Below, piece by piece: positions 17,888 to 24,000 of a DNA stretch of 24,000 nt; positions within the stretch are counted from its first letter, which is position 1, and each line of letters opens with the position of its first letter. The notes below the pieces were generated by a model. That model was not told the origin of the DNA. It made no database searches and saw nothing but the letters and a program-made list of their open reading frames with translations. The stretch is taken from NCBI GenBank assembly GCA_004213885.1, contig SGYL01000002.1, forward strand, positions 61,603 to 85,602, in the 5' to 3' direction. The position numbers and the translations under genes are program-made. Source of the stretch: Alphaproteobacteria bacterium (GTDB lineage: Bacteria > Pseudomonadota > Alphaproteobacteria > Puniceispirillales > Marisalimonadaceae).

Positions 17888-19235
17888 TTTTAGTAAAAGA
17901 ACCTAATAGACTATTCTGATTTGATTTAATAATTTTAACATTTAACATAGATCCAATTAATTTTTCATGATGTTTTTTAACTGGCAAGTTTTCTTCATTA
18001 ATATAAACAGTTTGATTATAAGGAGACCTACCCAAAAACTGATTGTTTTTGTTTTTATCTGTAATTAAAATAGGGAATTTTAAACCCTCCATATTTTTAT
18101 TAAAAGCTAATTGATAATAGTTAAGTGTATTTTGAATTTGATGAAGCCTAATTTTCTTAATATTGTTGTCAACGATTTCTCCAAATTCTGATGATTTTGT
18201 CCCTGGTCTTTCTGAGTACATAAAAGAATATGAACTTGCAAACTGAACTTCATTTATAATGTCTAATGTTTTTTTATGATCCTCATTAGTTTCACCTGGA
18301 TGACCTACAATAAAGTCTGATGAAATCGCAATATTCTCACAATTTTTTCTTACCAATTCAATTATTTTCAAATATTCACTAGCAGTATGTCTTCTATTCA
18401 TTTTTTTTAAGATATTATCGGACCCTGATTGTATCGGCAGATGTAAATAAGGCATAAGTTTATCAACGTTTTTGTGCGCTTTTATTAATTCTAGATCCAT
18501 ATCAAGAGGATGTGATGTAGTATAACGTATAGATAAAATTTCATCGATTTTTGCAATATCTTCTATCAAGTTTCCTAAGGTATAAGCTTTACTTAAATTA
18601 GTATTATCTTTCCAAGCGTTTACATTCTGACCAAGTAATATAATTTCTTTAACCCCATTTTGAGCCATTATTTTAACCTCATCTAATATAGATTTTCTTG
18701 ACCTTGAATATTCTGGACCTCTTGTAAAAGGAACAACACAAAAAGAACAAAATTTATCACAACCTTCTTGTATTGTTACAAAATCTGACACTTTACCAAC
18801 TTTTTTATCAAAGTTAAGAAGGTCAAATTTTGGAATTTCAGGAAATTTTAAATTTATTTCTTTTTTCTTTGAATTTTCGTTTATCTTTTTAAGCAATTTG
18901 GGAAGATCTGTATAAGCTTGTGGGCCAACCACTAAATCTACCCATGGTGATCTTTTTGTAATCTCTTTTCCTTCTGCTTGTGCAACACAGCCAGCAACAG
19001 CAATAATTGGTTTAATTAAATCATTATTTTCGTAAATTTTTTTTATTCTTCCTAAATCAGAATACATTTTCTCAGCTGCTTTATCTCTAATGTGACATGT
19101 ATTTAATATTACTAAATCAGCTTCTTTAATGTCTTCAGATGTTTCATAACCATGACCATTTAACAAATTAGACATATGATCGCTATCATAGAAGTTCATT
19201 TGACAACCATATGTTTTAATAAATAATTTTTTCAT
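17880..19235 (-). CDS. miaB: tRNA-2-methylthio-N6-dimethylallyladenosine synthase MiaB
   Basis: N-terminal MTTase cluster cysteines (TYGCQMN, NTCHIR, AGCVAQ), radical-SAM CxxxCxxC (GCDKFCSFCVVP) and a C-terminal TRAM-like region. Confidence 0.95.
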   Translation of the reverse strand: MKKLFIKTYGCQMNFYDSDHMSNLLNGHGYETSEDIKEADLVILNTCHIRDKAAEKMYSDLGRIKKIYENNDLIKPIIAVAGCVAQAEGKEITKRSPWVDLVVGPQAYTDLPKLLKKINENSKKKEINLKFPEIPKFDLLNFDKKVGKVSDFVTIQEGCDKFCSFCVVPFTRGPEYSRSRKSILDEVKIMAQNGVKEIILLGQNVNAWKDNTNLSKAYTLGNLIEDIAKIDEILSIRYTTSHPLDMDLELIKAHKNVDKLMPYLHLPIQSGSDNILKKMNRRHTASEYLKIIELVRKNCENIAISSDFIVGHPGETNEDHKKTLDIINEVQFASSYSFMYSERPGTKSSEFGEIVDNNIKKIRLHQIQNTLNYYQLAFNKNMEGLKFPILITDKNKNNQFLGRSPYNQTVYINEENLPVKKHHEKLIGSMLNVKIIKSNQNSLLGSFTKNA

Positions 19236-19273
19236 AATATAAAATAATTTTATAAACTTTTGTTAAACTCAGT

Positions 19274-20050
19274 TTAATAAAAATTATCAATAGCATGATG
19301 TAAGGTATAAGTCATATCTTTTCTATTTGTAAAATCTTTTCCATTAATAGGTGGTAAAAATGTTATTTTAGCTTTAATTGAAAATAATTTTAAGACATTA
19401 ATTAAATGAGGTTTTAAATCCATATCACCGTACCAAGCAATAATAGGTTTTAACCATCTATTTAAAGGCATTCCATTTATACTTGTATAATTAATTACAA
19501 TTGGTTGAATCAAAATATTTTTTTGTTCCAAAGAAGTTAGTAAACTTGACTTGAATTTAAGAACTCTTATCCCGTCAGATGTAGTCCCTTCTGGAAATAA
19601 AATAATACTATGCCCTTTAGAGATAAAATCATAAATTATTGATTTATTTCTTTTCAAAAATCTTAAATTTCTATTAATAAATATCGTATTACCCACCTTG
19701 GATAAATAACCAAAAATTGGCCAATTAGAAATCTCATTTTTTGCAATAAATCTTCCATTTAGTGTGGATCCTAAGACAGGAATATCCAGATATGAAAGAT
19801 GATTTGATACATAGAGTTTTGGTACATTATTTAGATTACTTTTCCCTACGACCTCAACATTTATATTTATTAGCCACAAAAGTAATTTATGGAAAATTTG
19901 AACTATTTTTTGACTTGCTTTTTTTGAAACAAATTGTAAAAGAGTTTTTAAAAAAATTAGAAATATAGTTAAAAAAACAAAAATAAAAAATTTAAGATAA
20001 AAAATTCCTTTATCAACAAAATTTATTTTTACGAAATTTAGTTTAGACAA
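19274..20050 (-). CDS. olsA: Lysophospholipid (PlsC-family) acyltransferase. The pairing with the olsB-like gene suggests a lyso-aminolipid O-acyltransferase (OlsA-like).
   Basis: N-terminal transmembrane helix, H(x)4D acyltransferase motif (SNHLSYLDIP) and FPEGTTSDG block. It sits immediately downstream (12-nt gap) of an OlsB-family gene. The OlsA assignment is contextual inference; a generic PlsC cannot be excluded. Confidence 0.65.
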   Translation of the reverse strand: MSKLNFVKINFVDKGIFYLKFFIFVFLTIFLIFLKTLLQFVSKKASQKIVQIFHKLLLWLININVEVVGKSNLNNVPKLYVSNHLSYLDIPVLGSTLNGRFIAKNEISNWPIFGYLSKVGNTIFINRNLRFLKRNKSIIYDFISKGHSIILFPEGTTSDGIRVLKFKSSLLTSLEQKNILIQPIVINYTSINGMPLNRWLKPIIAWYGDMDLKPHLINVLKLFSIKAKITFLPPINGKDFTNRKDMTYTLHHAIDNFY

Positions 20051-20062
20051 TTATTACTCATA

Positions 20063-20920
20063 TTAATTTAAAAATTTATTCTGGTAACGACTAACAATTT
20101 TTTCAGTTAACATTATTACACAATAATCAATTGTTTCAAATTCCGTATCTATATAAAAATTTTCACTAACCATTCCACCCGCTCTTAAATAACCTTTTAT
20201 TAATGGAGGTAGCTTATTTAATGTAGTCGAGTGGTTAATGTTTTTATTAAATGAAATTTCGTTGCTTTGAAGTGATTTAACATCATAATCTTCTGGCAAC
20301 CTATAGCTTTCATATAATAAAGAAAACTCGTCCTTAAATTTACTCGGGTTAGTTCCATGAAAACTAGCGCATCCCATTAAAATTTTAATTTTATACATTT
20401 TAATGTAATTTGATATTCCTTGCCATAGTAATTTTAATATAATACCAGATCGATATTGAGGGTGAACGCATGAACGACCAAGCTCTAAAATGTCTTTACT
20501 AGAAAAATTCTTCTTTAAATTTGATATATCAAATTCTTGTTCTGTATAAAATCCTCTATATAACTTTGCACAATTTCCTCTTAATAACCTGTAGGTTCCT
20601 ATTACATTATCTCTAATTTCTCGATTATTATCGATTATTATTAAATGATCAGATATTTTATCATAAAAATCGTAGTCTCTTTGTAATAAAAATTTAAAAC
20701 TTTTTTTCTTGATTTTTTTTTCTTTAAAAAAAATTTTGTATCTTAATGATTGAGCTTTTTTAATTTCAAAATTAGATTCTGCAATTTTGATTGTAAAATT
20801 TTTAAAAATTATTGATTCAAATTCACTTTTAATTTTTTTAATTATTCTTTTTTTTCTAATTATAGAAGACATCGTTTTCTTTGTCTTAACAATTTGATTT
20901 AATAAGGCTAAATTTTGCAT
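20063..20920 (-). CDS. olsB: OlsB-family N-acyltransferase (GNAT-like, Acetyltransf_5 type; aminolipid synthesis, head group undetermined)
   Basis: AQSLRYKIFF, VIGTYRLLRG, ELGRSCVHPQYRSG, LLWQGI and LPPLIKGYLRAGG match conserved OlsB / hemolysin-like acyltransferase blocks. About 40 aa of basic N-terminal extension precede the conserved region, so the start could be the Met at residue 17. Confidence 0.75.
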   Translation of the reverse strand: MQNLALLNQIVKTKKTMSSIIRKKRIIKKIKSEFESIIFKNFTIKIAESNFEIKKAQSLRYKIFFKEKKIKKKSFKFLLQRDYDFYDKISDHLIIIDNNREIRDNVIGTYRLLRGNCAKLYRGFYTEQEFDISNLKKNFSSKDILELGRSCVHPQYRSGIILKLLWQGISNYIKMYKIKILMGCASFHGTNPSKFKDEFSLLYESYRLPEDYDVKSLQSNEISFNKNINHSTTLNKLPPLIKGYLRAGGMVSENFYIDTEFETIDYCVIMLTEKIVSRYQNKFLN

Positions 20921-20970
20921 ATAATATATTTAATCATCAATTTTACAATTTTATTAAATGTAAGTTACAA

Positions 20971-21402
20971 TTAATTGACATTTTCTAATTTTAATAGAAT
21001 TGCATCAGACTTTTGCTTCTTATAATAATTTTTTCTTAAACCAATTTTTAAGAAATTTAAACTATGATAAAACATTATCGCATTTATATTATTTGAAGAC
21101 ACTTCTACAAAAATGTTTTTTAAATTTAAACTTATCAGATATTCTATTAATAGTTTACCATAACCCATATTTTGAAATTTTTGAAGAACACCAATTGAAA
21201 TTATATCACAGTCACTTTTATTCAAAGAGAATTGTAAAAAACCTATAATTTGCTTTTCTAAAACTAATTTAATAAATCTAAAATTTTCATTTGATAATGT
21301 TTGATTAAAAAAATTTAATTTAGTTTTATTCAAATTTAACTGATTTTCTAATTCGTTTATTTTAGGTAAATCTTTTACTGTAATTTTAGATATTTTACAC
21401 AT
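20971..21402 (-). CDS. rimI: Ribosomal-protein-alanine N-acetyltransferase (GNAT) RimI
   Basis: GNAT motif A (IGVLQKFQNMGYGKLLIEYLI) and small size. It lies directly after tsaB, the conserved tsaB-rimI pairing. I place the start at the ATG at 21402-21400 (MCKISKITV...), 1 nt after the tsaB stop, rather than the tracked 21453, which would overlap tsaB by 50 nt. Confidence 0.75.
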   Translation of the reverse strand: MCKISKITVKDLPKINELENQLNLNKTKLNFFNQTLSNENFRFIKLVLEKQIIGFLQFSLNKSDCDIISIGVLQKFQNMGYGKLLIEYLISLNLKNIFVEVSSNNINAIMFYHSLNFLKIGLRKNYYKKQKSDAILLKLENVN

Positions 21403-21403
21403 A

Positions 21404-22120
21404 TTAATTAGTTGATGGTGACTTTCCATAAAGAGGATCAAATTTTTCTTCAAAAAAATTTTTAAAATCAGTTTGACTTATTTTATTATTTTCAACCAAA
21501 AAAGATATTTGAATAATGGTTTCAAGAATCTTAGATCCTTCAACTATTTCAATATTTTTAAAAAATGAAACAAGATTTGGGTTTGCACCTAAATATCCAA
21601 CATGAACATTTTGTATAGATAAATTAAAAGTTTTTAAATAATTTTCTATTAAATCTAAATCGATATTTTTTATATCTGACAACTTTTGGAGCAAAAAAGA
21701 AGAATTTTTTTTCTTTTGATAAATTTGAGCCATCTTATCTCCAGAGTGATTTAAAATTGAAATAATATATCCTTGATCACTTATTTTACATTTGTAATTT
21801 AAATGACAAGCAATAATAAATAAATTATTTAAACCTATAAATTTTGTATTAGAAAAATCTTTAAAATTTAGAGCTTTAACGCAAGAAATGATTTTCCTAA
21901 TAATTGTAAACCCTCCAGGACCACAACTATAATACACACTATTAAAATATATCTTGTTTGAAATAAATATTGATATAACCTTAAAAAATTTATCCTCATT
22001 ATCATCTTCAAAGATATTAAATTTCTTGACTTTGTCTATTTTTGAATTAACAACTAATGCTAATGTCAATATTTCAGAATAGCCAAATATAATTAAGGAA
22101 TTTTTATTAATACTTTCCAT
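21404..22120 (-). CDS. tsaB: Divergent tRNA threonylcarbamoyladenosine biosynthesis protein TsaB (YeaZ-like)
   Basis: The GPGGFTIIRKIISCVKAL block corresponds to the TsaB GPGSFTGLRIG motif, the length is about 230 aa, and it pairs with rimI. The N-terminal 'IDTS' region is degenerate (IIFGYSE), so the call leans on context. Confidence 0.6.
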   Translation of the reverse strand: MESINKNSLIIFGYSEILTLALVVNSKIDKVKKFNIFEDDNEDKFFKVISIFISNKIYFNSVYYSCGPGGFTIIRKIISCVKALNFKDFSNTKFIGLNNLFIIACHLNYKCKISDQGYIISILNHSGDKMAQIYQKKKNSSFLLQKLSDIKNIDLDLIENYLKTFNLSIQNVHVGYLGANPNLVSFFKNIEIVEGSKILETIIQISFLVENNKISQTDFKNFFEEKFDPLYGKSPSTN

Positions 22121-23168
22121 GATAAATTCTCAATTTAATTCAAAAACCTTATTAATTTTTAATTTTATTTTTATATATTTATTTACTCCAAATATTTCGT
22201 TTTCTGAAGATAAATTTTTAGAAAAAATTAATCATGCAAATATTTTGATGTATCACAGATTTGGTGAAAGTAAGTATCCAACTACAAATACAACAATAGA
22301 ACAGTTTATTTCTCATACAAATGAATTAGTTAAAGACAAATATAACGTAATTAGGCTTGATAAAGTTGTAAAGGGTTTACAGGGCGAAATTAATTTAAAA
22401 GATAGGACTGTTTCTATTACTATTGATGATGCATATTTATCTGTGTATACTAAAGCTTGGCCAATTTTAAAAAAACTAAATCTGCCTTTTACATTGTTTA
22501 TTTCCACTGATGTGATTGATAATAATTTTTCAAATTACATGAATTGGGATCAAATCAGAGAATTAGTTGACAATGGTATTTTAATTGGAAGTCAAACAAA
22601 ATCACATCCTCATTTGCATAGATTAAGTAGTAAACAAATATTAAATGAGATTGAGTATTCTAACAAGCGTTTCATAAAAGAATTAGGATTTAAGCCTAAA
22701 TTATTTGCCTATCCTTATGGAGAATATGATAATAAAACTTTAGAAATTGTTAAAGGGTCTGGATTTGAAGCAGCCTTTGGACAACATTCAGGTGTTGCAC
22801 ATATATCTTCAGGAATTTTTGAGCTACCAAGATTTGCTATGAATGAAAATTATGGAGATTTAACAAGATTAAAACTTGCTATTAATGCACTACCAATCAT
22901 TATTAAAGATATAAGCCCTGAGAATAATTTTCTTAAAATAAATCCTCCAGATTTTGGATTTACTCTCAGTTCTGAAATCAAACCAATGAGAGCCGTTAGA
23001 TGTTTTGCAAGTAATGGTATTATTACAAATACTAAAAGAATTGGTAAATTTAGAATAGAAGTAAGATTAGAAGAAAAGTTCCCTAATGCTAGAGGAAGAA
23101 TAAACTGTACAATGGCAGCTAAAGATGACAGATGGAGATGGTTTGGAAAACAATTCGTAACTAAGTAG
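22119..23168 (+). CDS. Secreted polysaccharide deacetylase family protein (NodB/CE4 fold) with an unassigned ~110-aa C-terminal domain
   Basis: Signal-like N-terminus (KTLLIFNFIFIYLFTPNISFS/ED). ILMYHRF, SITIDDAY (Asp-Asp motif 1), FTLFISTD, MNWDQIRELVDNGILIGSQTKSHPHL (motif 2 region) and LFAYPYGEY (motif 3 variant) are present. The C-terminal part (about residue 240 to the end) has no motif I recognise. Confidence 0.8.
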   Translation: MINSQFNSKTLLIFNFIFIYLFTPNISFSEDKFLEKINHANILMYHRFGESKYPTTNTTIEQFISHTNELVKDKYNVIRLDKVVKGLQGEINLKDRTVSITIDDAYLSVYTKAWPILKKLNLPFTLFISTDVIDNNFSNYMNWDQIRELVDNGILIGSQTKSHPHLHRLSSKQILNEIEYSNKRFIKELGFKPKLFAYPYGEYDNKTLEIVKGSGFEAAFGQHSGVAHISSGIFELPRFAMNENYGDLTRLKLAINALPIIIKDISPENNFLKINPPDFGFTLSSEIKPMRAVRCFASNGIITNTKRIGKFRIEVRLEEKFPNARGRINCTMAAKDDRWRWFGKQFVTK

Positions 23169-23175
23169 AAAATTA

Positions 23176-24000
23176 TTAATTTTCTAATTTAAAACTTAAT
23201 GAATTAAACTTTTCTAAATTATTTTTTTTAATCATAAAATTTATTTTCTTTACGTACTCAAAGCCAATTATTGCATACTTGTCAAGATATCTTGAAAATT
23301 TATGCCCTTCGAAGTTTAGAGGCTTACGAATTAGTTCTCTGTAATTTCTTAATTTTGAGTATGCAGGATGTGTGTTTAAATTTAGAATATAAGCATCAAC
23401 AGAATCTTGCAAGTTTTTGAAACTTTTTACAGCAAAACTTGGTCTATCAATACCGGTTGGAGAAATTCCCTTTTTTTTATCCCATGTCCATTGACCAAAA
23501 AGGGCATTACCTTTTTGGGCAAATCTTGATCCTCCCCAACCACTTTCAACAATAGCTTGGGCTAACATCATGGATATTGGAAAAACGTTTACTCTATTTA
23601 ATAAATTTTTTTGTAAAGTTTTTAATTTAGCGTTATTTAAAGAATTTATATTATTACAATCAATAGTTTTAATTTTATATTTTTTGCAAAATATTTTTAA
23701 CTTCTTAAAATTTTCTTTTTTAAAAAACATTATTAAATTTGATCTTTCAATAGAAACTTTTTCGTTCCCTTTTAATAATAAAGGAAGCATAATACTAATA
23801 AAAATTTTTTTCTTATCATTTATTTCATATGTATTTAAATCACTTGGCAACTGAGTAAAATATATTCTCGGAATTCTTGGTTCAATTTTTATTTGATCAA
23901 TAAAATTTTTAGACCATGCAATCGCAATTTCTTTTCCAAAATAATTTTTAGATGATATTCTTGAATTTTTAAATTTATTATCTAAATCTATATCATTAGG
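23176..24000 (-). CDS. Bax-like / GH73-type glucosaminidase domain protein; the 5' end probably lies outside the window
   Basis: MLAQAIVESGWGGSRFAQKGNALFGQWTW is the mannosyl-glycoprotein endo-beta-N-acetylglucosaminidase (FlgJ/Bax) catalytic-Glu block. The tracked 'M' at 23850 is a TTG codon. I translated the same frame by hand from 24000 (PNDIDLDNKFKNSRISSKNYFGKEIAIAWSKNFIDQIKIEPRIPRIYFTQ-LPSDL...) and found no stop, so the gene likely continues beyond the window. Confidence 0.8.
   Translation of the reverse strand, partial: PNDIDLDNKFKNSRISSKNYFGKEIAIAWSKNFIDQIKIEPRIPRIYFTQLPSDLNTYEINDKKKIFISIMLPLLLKGNEKVSIERSNLIMFFKKENFKKLKIFCKKYKIKTIDCNNINSLNNAKLKTLQKNLLNRVNVFPISMMLAQAIVESGWGGSRFAQKGNALFGQWTWDKKKGISPTGIDRPSFAVKSFKNLQDSVDAYILNLNTHPAYSKLRNYRELIRKPLNFEGHKFSRYLDKYAIIGFEYVKKINFMIKKNNLEKFNSLSFKLEN

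Noticed and set aside
20921-20970. Candidate sigma70-type promoter for olsB (minus strand: TTGTAA at 20970-20965 and TAAAAT at 20945-20940)
   Set aside because: The spacer is 19 nt and both hexamers are weak. In DNA this AT-rich, such matches arise by chance. It is not supportable without TSS data.
23169-23175. Bidirectional intrinsic terminator between the convergent deacetylase and glucosaminidase genes
   Set aside because: Only 7 nt separate the stops, and I found no GC-rich stem or flanking U/A tracts forming a hairpin in the adjacent coding ends.
1-24000. CRISPR arrays, transposases or integrases, phage genes, toxin-antitoxin or defence cassettes, rRNA or tRNA genes
   Set aside because: None seen. 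Every substantial ORF has a housekeeping or envelope assignment. Coding density leaves no unexplained space beyond four short gaps. I noticed no long repeats or compositional islands.

Overview
This window is a very AT-rich, extremely gene-dense stretch (G+C looks like about 30% by eye; not computed). It reads as core housekeeping DNA of a streamlined alphaproteobacterium, consistent with SAR11/Pelagibacterales; that assignment is inference from composition, gene content and synteny. I support 24 protein-coding genes and no RNA genes, mobile elements, CRISPR arrays or defence-like cassettes.

Layout:
- Plus strand: the 3' end of a ThiF/MoeB-type adenylyltransferase, a secreted SH3b/DUF1058-like protein, and fabA-fabB-fabI.
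- Minus strand, 22120 down to 3599: 18 co-directional genes in the order tsaB-rimI-olsB-olsA-miaB-phoH-ybeY-corC-lnt-metK-trmB-nusA-infB-rbfA-truB-rpsO-pnp-enoyl-CoA hydratase. Most junctions are overlaps or gaps of 12 nt or less.
- Right end: a secreted NodB-fold polysaccharide deacetylase (+), convergent with a Bax/GH73-like glucosaminidase (-) that runs off the window.

I did not find a convincing novel multi-gene system. The region looks ordinary and conserved. The observations most worth a second look are:
- rimP is missing from its canonical slot upstream of nusA.
- Two divergent genes have start codons that overlap in a single CATG, leaving no intergenic DNA for promoters.
- An enoyl-CoA hydratase is translationally coupled to pnp.
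- The deacetylase has a non-canonical metal-binding motif (by-eye alignment) and an unassigned C-terminal domain.
- An aminolipid (olsB/olsA-like) pair sits inside the housekeeping array.
- There are long homopolymer tracts, including A14 inside ybeY and a T9A9 palindrome at the trmB 3' end.

All functional calls rest on motif recognition by eye in the supplied translations. No database searches were run.
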